Source: Antedon mediterranea (lineage: Eukaryota; Animalia; Echinodermata). From it: DNA of 64,000 bases. The notes below the pieces were generated by a model. That model ran no database searches and was not told the origin of the DNA. It worked only from the letters and a program-made list of their open reading frames with translations. Of this stretch, positions 12,201 to 24,200 are shown one piece after another (the stretch's first letter is position 1; each line of letters begins with the position of its first letter). The stretch is taken from the NCBI RefSeq assembly GCF_964355755.1, contig NC_092677.1, positions 13,910,101 through 13,974,100 on the forward strand, in the 5' to 3' direction. A program made the translations under genes and the position numbers.

Positions 12201-15200
12201 CGTATACCCTAAAGGAAATGTTTAAATAACTTATCGTAAACACCCGTGGAACTAAAATAACACCGTACTTTACTACTGTCATATTCATGAGCATATTAAA
12301 CTGTCTATTCCGATTTTATAGCCACTAACATTCGGGGACAGTTGATTGAAATCTCCACATTTACATAGTATACTGTACAGTGTACAGTATAACGTTTTCA
12401 AAAGAAAATAGCAAAAAAAGAGGGCTAAATTGCGATTAAAAAGGTGATTACAAAATCATAATTAATTGATTAAATTGTATGAAGCATATAATTGAATCAA
12501 TAAAATGGTGGTACAAGCCAAAAAATCGGAAACAAAACTTGAAAAAAAAACAAATGTTAAAATAAAATATAATACAGTACAGTGTGTATTTTAAAATAAT
12601 TTAATCGTGATTGCTCTTATTTCGTTTGATCTTTTTCGCGTGCATATTTTATTTTTGTTTTTTGTTTGTTTAAGGGTTTTTTGTATCTTGCTGCAAATTT
12701 GTTTTAGAGTTTATTTATTGAAAAACTAACAAAGCGAACGAATTTTTGAATTATAGCAGTATTTTTAAAATGTTTAAAAAGCCTAAACAATTTTCTAAAA
12801 TTGTAGCCTAATTTAATACATTTTTGGTAATTACTATACTGACCAAAGGATTAAAAGAAACATAACGTGTACATAATCACATGCCACCAACGTCATAATT
12901 GACCTAACTTACCCTCAATTTTATTATATAATTTATTTTTTGAAAATCCACCTTAAATTGATCATTAGCAATAACTAAATTCGTTATTAATCACAAAGGA
13001 GCACCTTTTCTATCGTAAAATGACAATTACGGTATATAAAGTAAATAAAGCTCTGTCTACACTATCAAACTAGTTTGACCAAAAAAGTGTGATGTGTCCA
13101 AATATATGATAGTAGTTATATGCCCAAATATGACGTCATCATGTCCATATATGGGCACATTCTTTTGTCACATAAAGTTTGATAGTGTAGACAGGGCTTA
13201 AAACAAAGTGGGTTTAAAATTGTAACAAAATCAGATTTTGTTGGGCTCGTACAAATTTCATTCACAATTCAAAACGAGTATAAAGTATGTGCTGAAGGCA
13301 TTTATCAGTCTATTTATTATCATAATGCAAAACAAAAAAATGGTATTATAGTATATTGTAAAATAGATTAATTCATAATCGCAAAATGTTTCAGTTTTAG
13401 TAAAGATATTATTGATTCTTACAAATCAGTAATGATATTAGATAAATATCTTATGAAAACATTTTTGTTTTATTCGTTGATTTATCTGTTTCAGTAAAGA
13501 TATTACTGATTCTTACAAATCAATAGGCCTAATGATATAAGATAAATATCTTTTATGAAAATATTTTTGTTTTATTCGTTGATTTATCTTCGGTTTTATT
13601 TGTTATTTCGGTATACCTTATTAGGCCTATAGATGTTGTTATCGAAATCTTAAAACGTTAATGTTCTTGGTGCAGACAATACGACCATGGGTTATCTTTC
13701 ACAAAAAACATGTGTATGTAAAGGTTGTTAACAGAGATAGAAGAAAAGAGTATATTTTAAATGTTCTTCTTGGTCTACATAACCTGAAATCAATATAACA
13801 TGTTTAATTTTGACATTGTTTAGTTTTTATTGACAAAGAAAAATTGATTTTCAAGTGGTAGGTAAGTTTCTTTTTGCTCGTTGAACAATTTACGGGTTTC
13901 TTTAAGCCTAGGCTTCGCGAACTTCGTGAAAGCTGGTTAAGTTTGACAAATGATAACGACGTTCGAAACCTAAACATCAAACATTAACTAAACGATTTGC
14001 CGCCAAAATTGAAGTAAATCAGCATCAATTTGAATCTTGTTGTGTGTTTGATGAATGCTCGGCGTCATGCTCTATGGACATTTAGTAGAATGCCTTTTTG
14101 CAACTTTGCTACATATATCTTGATGCGAAGATACTCTTAATGTTTTGATGACTATGTATGCATTTTGTGTGACAGAATTTACAAAGGTTGTGGATAGATG
14201 GTTTATATCACACGTGCTAAAATCAATATAACAATACCGATGCTAAGATTATAATTGACATTGTTCAATTCAACCGCCGTAGCTGAGTCGATGCCCAATC
14301 GGATTTAAACCATTTTATAATATTTGAAAAATAATAAAACTCCCGATTCTTGGTGTTTCTCAAGATGTCTTCATCTTCACGGTTGATAAATTAATTAATA
14401 ATTAAATAATTTCCAGAGATCTATAGTCTTATACCACTAGGCGGTTTGGAATTCCTCCTGAATGTCAAATTTATATATTATAATGATTCAGAATTTCATG
14501 CGATAGTGTTTTTAATTGAAAATTCTTCAATTAGAAATTAACAATGTAGGTGATATCTCGATTATTTATAAGGGCGAAAATTATAATTACGGATAACATT
14601 TTTAAAATATGATTTATTAATGTTCATAAGAAGTAGGCCTACTTACATTCTTCAAACTTTATTTTTATTTTTAGGCCTACTAACAATTCTATCGCAATAA
14701 ATTGAATACTGTAGGCCTACACAATACTATTGTTTTATAAATTAAGTCCTATTGTTGATTCGGTCTGATTGTCTGAAGGATCTGCTCTTTGTTCCTAATA
14801 TTAAGGAAATAAATAGGGCGTAGATAGTGTCACCATGGAGATTTTGTTGTTCTTATTGCTTACAGTTTTCGACCCATGCTGCGCTCACATTATTTGATCG
14901 AACCAAGTACCGTTATTATGTACGACAGTAATAACACAAGTCGTAATAATTGTTTAAAAAGGGCTTGCTACTGTCGACCCCAGCTGTGCCTTACTTGTTG
15001 CTGTAGTATAATAATAACATCACAATAATAATTGTTTAAAATAGGGCTTACTGTCGCACCCTGTGCTTTACTTGGTAGTATAACAACACAAGTCGCAATA
15101 ATTGCTTTTCAGGGCTTACTTTGTCGACCCCTGTGCCTTACTTGATAGTAAAAAAACACAAGTCGCAATAATTTCTTAAATAAAGGGCGTACTATTGTCG

Positions 15201-18200
15201 ACCCTTGTGCCTTACATGGTAGTATAGTAATAACACAAGTCATAATACTATGTAAATTATTGCCATGTTATTTTTAACCTGGGTAGTGGACAGGTGTTAA
15301 CGCCGTGCAAAAGTTAATCGGCAAAAAGTTTACGACTTGTCTTTTATTTTTGTCTCTTTATCTATTTCAAAAAATTGAATAATTCTTTATATAAATAATA
15401 ATCTATGTGCATAATCGCAATGCAATGCCAACGGTATGGTTCCATAAAAAAATTATTTCATTCAATGTAGAATTATGTTTGAGGAGACCACTGAGATCCT
15501 ATTTGGTGGTTCGGCCGACTCATAATAACCGATTCTCTATATATTTCCACTGAGGCATTATTATGTCCAGTACCTTCACGTACAATGTTAGGTTAGGTTA
15601 GGCTTATGTAGTGTGGTAGGCACATCAGTGGTATGGTACATCATTTTTTAACGTCTTTTTACAGTACAAATGCACTAAGAATAGGTTACACAACATTGAC
15701 CGATCAAATAAACTGTAGCTTTAGGATTGGTAAATATTAGGCCCTACTTAGTTTGCGTCTGATGATGGGAATTAGGAGAGTTTTTAGGGTTTCGCTATAT
15801 CCTTTGTGAAACTAGGCCTATAAACTGTCATTATCCATGTTATAGTAATACTAACTACTTTTATTTATTACTATTTTTATAGAAATTCTAATTGACAAAC
15901 CTAATCACATTTACGATAACAAGTACAAAGAAGACGGCATATACCACCGTTACCCCCGTCTACAAGTCCAACCGGTATCTCCGGCATCGTCGTTAGCGAT
16001 ACCCCGTCGTTTCACTACCTGCCCAGTGTCGTCAATGTTTGGTGGTCTATCCAGCGGCGTCGGGCGCACTTACACCGGGAGTGAGCTTAGGACGATTGAT
16101 TGCAGGCTAGAGATGAAGGAATTGTGGGATAAATTTCATGATCTCGGTACAGAAATGATCATCACAAAATCGGGAAGGTGAGAATACTTTTTTTCACAAT
16201 TGAAATAATTGACATAAACTAATAATAATAATATTAATAATAATAATGATAGTATTGAATAAAATGTCTTAATTTTACGACTGTTTATATAAATAATGAT
16301 GGTATTTTAAGAGATGTGGTGGGTTGGCTGGTGTTTGAATGATTCTAAATAAATCACAATATCCGCCTTGAAAATATCATACGGTGCGCCGTTCGAGACA
16401 TTAATATTTATTCATTCATTCTGCGTAAACATAAAAATGTGTATAATCCATATATACCACACATTTTTTATGTTAAGTTTTTTTCTTAAATCTTTCTCCC
16501 GGTTATAAGCATTGTTGTCCCCCTCCACGTGAAATGTTGAAAATGGTGTATGATGCATGGTGACTGCTAGAGAATAGTTATTATTATCATGATTATTATT
16601 AATCATATTACATACAGTTCTATACTGTCATTTTCCTTATTAAACTGGAGATGGATCTAAATGTATTGTATGTATATATGATGTTGAGAAATGTTCGTCA
16701 TATTAAACATTGAGCTTATGCTGTGGTGTTACAAATGTGCCTTAAATGCTACGTGCAAACACGCGTCACTTCTTTTGACACAGATATCCCTTCATAGATA
16801 ACTCATTTGGTCTGTGACGCTACTACCCTAGTGCCATAGCACTTCATTCATCGAGAGGTACTGGGTTAAAAGCGATGTCGGCCAGCACAGATAAACGATA
16901 AATTACCGTAAACACACCGCATTTGTCATTGTAGAAATCGTGACATACCGTTTTCGGCAGACTTGAGGTGGCAAAATATTTTCTTTTGCGGCTCGACACG
17001 AAAGTAAAGTGGCACTTTTTAAGGTTTTAATAAGCAGTTAAAATGTAAATGTTAGTTATAAATCTTGAATAGATCACTGGGTTTGTTGGTAGCTAATGGT
17101 ATTGTGACAGAGCTAGGCGACTTGGATCTTACAAATTAATAGAACGTCTGTACACTCGCGAGAGGTTTCACTGCCGAGTAAATAAAACGTTCCTATACGT
17201 CATACATTTGTTTAGACCATGGTTATACAACATTACAATTTACTGTTCCATCTCTCTTATATAATAATACTTACTCAAAAAATCAGACAAAAATTTAATT
17301 ATACATTATAATGTTCGTTTGAGTAAATTTATATTTGCATTACTATTCATCATAGTGGATGCGCTTTGTGCTGTTACTGAAATGCAAATAAATATAATAT
17401 ATAGGCCTACTCTGTCTACACTATCTAAGTTTGACAAAAAGGCGGGATGTGCCTAAATATGGTAGTGATATGCCCAAATATGGAAGTGAAATGCCCAGTG
17501 GTAGTGATATGCACAAAAATATGGTGGTGATATGACATTGTCATATTTTTAACATAAATGTTGTAGAAGTATATTATGAGTGTCATATTAAACAACTAAT
17601 CACTTATGACTTATAGTTGAGATCGTGTTAATTTTAATACTAATTAATTATATACTAATTAATTAAAAACGAAGGAATGACAAGACTAATAAATCCTATT
17701 TTACATTTTAAATATAAAATATTGTTACTTAAATAACGAGCGCTAAAAATAGAGTTCCTAAGAAAAAAATAGTGTTTAGATTTTCTCATTTATATATTAA
17801 ATTAGGTGATTTAATTGATATTGTATGCGGCGGTGTGTATTTGATGGATGCCTTAGTCTTAACAACTTGTTAATTAAGGCGTGAAGAATTATAGAATATT
17901 CGATTATCTGCCGAATCGTGTTTTAAAAATATTCTCACGATGATAAATTAATTTGCACTCAGACAACAGAGAGAAATTCTTCAAAATCTACACTTTAACT
18001 TGACAGGTATAGTATTAATTTGATAATTTCAACAATAAATATTAACTATGATTAATTTTTTGTTGAAAAGTTTCGTTTTTAATGAGTTTTTGATCACACG
18101 AAACGTTGGATGAGTTCCACAATGATCATTCACTGAAAATGAAACTTTTCAACATAATATTATTATTTGGAGATGAACTTATTTAATGCTATGATTAATT

Positions 18201-21200
18201 GATTCCTTATCTATGTTTAATTTTACAGTATTTAATACAATTACACTAAAGCTTTGAGCTAAAACAAAATTGATGCTATAGAAGAAAACATTTTGAGTGT
18301 AGAACTCTTACATAATCTGATCATGAGAAAACGTTATGTACTGATAACAAAGAAAACAGAATATAGGCCTAGGTTTTGCTAGTGTAGGCCTATATAGTAC
18401 CGGTACCCGGATTACACTAAAATAGAGCCAGTGGACTTGTAAACATTTTGCCAATTACTATAGCATAATTTCAAAGTATTTTTTAAGAGTTTTTATTTGA
18501 ATAATTCACTTCAATAAAAAAAAGTTATCGCGTGTCCAAAGTATAGGGTTTAAAAAACTATTAAACTATAGTGTGGCGTCACAGTTATTCAAGATTTCAG
18601 CCTTAACATTATTAGGAAAAAAAATGCCCGGTCTAGTTAGAAAACGTGGCATAATTTAGTATGACGTCGGGTCCACGTCTTCTGATCGCAGTACTGACGT
18701 AGGTTTTCGTCTTAGCCTTATTTGACCAGCCTAATTTGTCGATAGCGAACGACTCATTTTTCTATTGCTGACATTTTCAACTCAATTTATAAACTTTTAT
18801 GTATTTGATGAACAGCCCAGAACTTTCGCTGAGAAATTCATGCTTTTAACGGGAAGGTCATATTTTATAGCAAGTTCAACAACAGTGAATTCATGCTTGA
18901 TAAAACAAGCACGAATGTGCAATACTCGGGGTACAGCGAAAGAAGCTGTATACAGACGTATACAGTTAGAAAGTAAAGAAAATAGGTTTCGCCAGGGCTC
19001 GAACCGGGACCTTCTGCGTGTTAAGCAGACTTGACAACCACTACACTACGAAACCTCTTACATTAAAAATGTGGGTTACAGAAAGTTTTTTAATCCATTT
19101 AAATTACAAATAAATGGTAATAAGTACAAAGCAAAATAAACATGTGTAAAAGTGATAATTACCGATTACACAAAATAAGTATTTTAAAAAATAATAAAAA
19201 TAAGATATACTCTGTATAATTATCATATTGCGTATACAGTACTTTTCACCATAAAGTTTAAAAAAAAGGTTTCGTCCGGGCTCGAACCAGGTACCTTCTG
19301 CGTGTTAAGCAAACGTGATAACCACTACGCCAAGAATCCGCATATAACCATATAACTACATAACGCTGTGGTGTGTCACACACATTGTGGCTTCTTAATT
19401 AAACAAATTAATTAACAAAAAATTAAAAATCCGGCTCTATAGCTTTGAGGACATGTCCCTGTAGTATGTTCATGCCAAATCCCAGCTCAATACTATAACG
19501 AATAAGGGAGGAGTAGTACTTTAAAAATCGCACTTTTTACTCAATAGTGTCCAGATGGAGGAAGAGAAGGAGAAAATGAGTAAGTACTAGACTCGGGTAC
19601 CCCGAGTAAAAAAAACATAACCTCATGCTTTTATGAACAACAAAGATGAATAAATGGGATATACGAACAACATAATTGACCATGGCCAACGAAGACGTTA
19701 TTTTTAATTTTATGTTAAGTATCGTTTAATAAATAAACTTTCTTTTTTAATTAAATATTTAATTATTTTTTCCCAGACGAATGTTTCCGACAATCCGGGT
19801 GTCTTTTAGCGGACTACAGCCATCATGTAAATATGCAGTTCTTCTCGATGTCGTTTCTTTAGACAATAAGCGCTATAGATACGCCTATCATCGGTCATCG
19901 TGGCTAGTGGCAGGTAAAGCAGACCCTCCCCTCCCCCGGCGGCTCTACATACATCCAGACTCTCCGTTCACTGGTGACCAGTTACTAAAGCAAATTGTCT
20001 CGTTTGAGAAGTTGAAGCTTACCAACAATGAGATGGACCAACATGGCCACGTAAGATTTTTTGATTTATTTTAGACAAATGGAGCGTTTCTGGGAAACTG
20101 AATCAACAATAGCTTTAACAACAACGATTGCGCATGCGCCATAAGTGCATACTAAGTGCATGACTTATTTGTATTACGAAGTAGGTAAGACTATTTTAAA
20201 ATATTTTTCTTTAACGAAACGCGTTTGTAAACTTTTAACCAATCAGAAAGCGATGCTTTACTCTGCTTAAATGACTCGCTTGTGACGTTTTTGGTGAAGT
20301 TTACTTGTTCCTTTGACTTTTGTATTTTTCATTAACAAAACAGTGTGTGGAAGTAGAGATTGCTTCCCACATGACGAAAATGCAACCAAAGCAATTTGAC
20401 TAATCACGACGTGAAAGAGGATCCTTCACGCCGTGATTGGTCAAATCTCTTGAGTTGCGTCCTAGTATAGAAACACCTGTTAAACATTAATGTAAACATA
20501 AAAATACATATACATACATATAAACAAATGAAACATCATCAGTCTATTGTATGCAAGTTTAATATATAAGTTGATAATTGAGTAAAGTATTTTGGTTGTA
20601 AAGCAGTCTTCTACATCGACGGTGGGCCAACGAAAGTCCTTGTTAAATTACTCAAGTCAATAAATAATATGTTCATTTCGTCATCACTTCGCACTTCAGG
20701 CCTATGTAATCCCAACCACGTAGATTCAACAAACGCGGTTTTTATCGACGAGTTGGTTTGCTAAATACAATTTAACGATCATTAATGGTTTATTTCTGGT
20801 ATCAATGTTTCTGTGATTCGTTACTAATCAAAACATGTTCATTAAAAATATGTCTGTTTTTCGTCTATTCGGCTTTGCATTGAGCCCAGGATTAACATGT
20901 TAGCAGCACCGACAAGCCCCATGTAGACAGTTTGGCGCCTGCCGGTAAAGCACCTTGGTTGCGGGCTTGCGTTCCTCTTCCAACACATTCCAGGCTCATC
21001 GTAAAAACTTGACACAGTAACCGTTTATGGTTCTACTGTTTGTTTGAACTCTCGTTTCAGAAGAAAGGGTTAGAAAAACGTTAACACTTCCATAAATTGT
21101 CCCAGTAAATGCCGAATAACCACAAACAAATTAATGAATACGTTTAGTTTCAGAGTTGACCTAATGGCAAGAGCCCAGTTATCAGGCGGAAAGTGGAACT

Positions 21201-24200
21201 TTATACACTTACACAACAGTCTTGTTAACTTATACGTCAATGGTTGTTGTTAAATATCTATACTTATCGCGAATCTATTAATTATTTAATGTTGGGTTTT
21301 AGACACAGTATGGCACGCGATGCAGACATGAACAGAATATAGGCCTATTGACTGGTGGCTGCTTTTATTTTAATTCGAAATATATGATTTCATTCGTTAA
21401 GTTAATAGCATTAGCGGTCCATGACATTGGGACGGGACGACAGTGAGAGTATCCTGTCCCCAAAATGTGGCTGTTACGTAGTGTAATATATATAATCCTT
21501 AAATACCGTGTTTGTTTGTTTATTTTTTTTTTCGAATCCGTCGTATACAACATACATAAAGACAGACAAATGAAAAACATCAGAGAAAAAAACAAAAGAA
21601 AAACGTTTGATGATGAATTCAGGACAACCCAATTATTTTAATCATAAAAAAAAGAATTAGTTTCCATTGGGGTCCGAATAAAATATCAAAGGCACAAAAC
21701 AACGTTGAAAAGTATGAAATAGAGATAAACAAACAGTGATATCATTGTATGTTCCTCGGGATCTAAGCATGACCTTGTTGTAACTTTGTTGTTAATAAGT
21801 AGATGTTTCTTTATGTTTGAAAGTGGTCTTATTGTCGATATCCTCAATGAAACAGGGAGAGAGAATTCCAATTAGAGATGCAATTAGAGAAAAAAAAAAG
21901 TATTCTAAAATAATCCTTTTTTTTTGTAGATTATTTTGAACTCAATGCATAGATATCAACCTAGGGTGCACATTATGAAATACAAGGACAAGATAACGAC
22001 AGTTGCAGCTCTGGAGAAAGAAGAAGTACGGACGTTTGTATTTGACGAGACTTCATTTACCGCCGTCACCGCCTACCAAAATCAATTGGTAAATACAACG
22101 AATAATAAATGAATACCGTAACATTCAGAAATCGATTATAAATATAAACTATAATGTATTTTAAACCATGGAGAAAAAAAATTTCTCCATGTTTAAACTA
22201 AGGAAGAGTTTTGTTTGACACCGCACGACGGATGTGACACTTTACACATTGTTGGGCAGCAGAGAAATATTGTGCATACCTTTACCAAGATTATACCCTG
22301 TCCGCGTTTGCCATATAGGCATGTGATGTATTTAAATTATAATGGCGATCCACAATACACTACCTAAAGCGTGGTTCCCACTATAACGCAACGCATCGAC
22401 GTATCGACGCAAAGTGCTGTATTGCCTAATCACAAGTGGGAACCGACGACGCAATAGTGCTGAAACATCGCAGGTTTGATTTCACGCAGGCGGAGGCAAA
22501 CACAATTATTAGGGCATTTGCTTACGTTGCGTAGATTGCGTTACGTTGCGTCGCTAGTGGGAACCACGCTTTAATACCAATTATAATTAATATATTATAC
22601 GGCTGAAGTGAGTCTATTGTGCAGTATGTTAAACAAGTAGTCTGACATACTGATATTAACTAGCACAGAGGTCCTGTCGTAGATATATCCTTTTAATTGG
22701 TCAGATGTTTGCATGCCCTAAAGATAGATCTTTCTAGTTTGTATTATTATTTATGCCGAATCTGTCTGTTTCTACTTAGTGATATATGCAATTTATGTCA
22801 CATTAGAAGAGGGGGAAATATCCCCTCCAGCCTAAGAATGTACCTAAGTATGAGTTCATTTACTTCTATTTGTCACCTTACTACGCAGTTGACACATTTT
22901 AGCTGCTGCCAGCCCGTTGTTCGCAGAATAGACTGCGTGTCAAAATTAATGTGCGTGAAATTTCTCGCAGTGACAAAATGTAAAATATTGGGAACGTCGT
23001 GAAGTTGTAAGGCATATTTTAAAGCAAATGGATTTTCCCAATTAAAGCTTGTTTTTAAAAATATAGCCTTGGTTACTATAGTACTAAATAGTGACATGCC
23101 CTTCATTGATCATTTTGAAATATCATTAATGAATTAATTTAGTGGTTTCGATTAATTACCGGGATTATAACTGAGTAATGTGTAATGTTGAAATGCTATC
23201 CTGTATTTATTTTAGATAACACGGTTAAAGATAGATAGTAATCCATTTGCTAAAGGTTTTCGAGACTCATCTAGGCTGTCGGAATTCGAAAGGTGAGTAA
23301 GATAAAAGTATAATTATCACTGCTTATCACTGCATCTTATTTGAAACAAATTCAATTTAGAGTGTTTTTTCTATGCAGTTTGGATACTAACTGACCTGTG
23401 ACCTGACTAAATTACCACAATTATGTTAGTTTAGGCCTATTTAAAAAAAATTGAAAAAATTGCTTCCATTTATTGCCATTTGCATATAAAATATACATAG
23501 AAATTATTTAATTATTTAAACAAATTATTTTACAATATAAAAACAAGAAATTAACAGAAGTATATAAATGTTTAAAATAAAATTTAATGACAAAAAAGAT
23601 CGACGTTTCGGAACCATCATGGAAACGTCGATCTTTTTTGTCATTAAATTTTAGTTTAAAGTTATACATATAAATGTTGTAAATTATCTGATTGAAAAAA
23701 ATAGAATGTATTTAAATGGTTCACAATTACGACTTGTGGGTGTAATCATGCATTGCATGACGAATGGGTATAATCAAATTATGTTAACAAACCATATTGC
23801 AAATATATGAATGAACAATGAATGAATAAAAGAATGAAAAAAAAAATTTTTCTATAGGCCTTTAACAAATTTTTGAAATAGTTATAACGCTTAGGCCTAC
23901 TACTGTACAGTTTTGAATAGCATAACAAAGTTATATCATCCATTTTTTTTCCGCAGAGGACGTATAGATAAGATGATACATGGGCATACGTATGCACGGT
24001 CACCAATTCGGAGTATTTCAGAAACCCATGGCGGATCATCTAAGGATAGGCCTATCTCAATTTCACCTAATTTAATATCATCTAATTTTAAGCGTCCTCA
24101 ACGATTTCGCTACGAAATGGTACAGACACTACCCCCACTTGTTATGCCGATGCCCAGGCTTCAATCGGGTCATCTTGGTACGTGGTAACTATATTAAACT

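Noticed and set aside
14930-15247. Repeat array superficially like CRISPR
   Set aside because: Whole units repeat with no unique spacers, it lies in a eukaryotic intron, and there are no cas genes.
18765-19034. 89-aa ORF in Tbx20 intron 2
   Set aside because: Its end is the antisense of tRNA-Val, and it has no splice or homology support.
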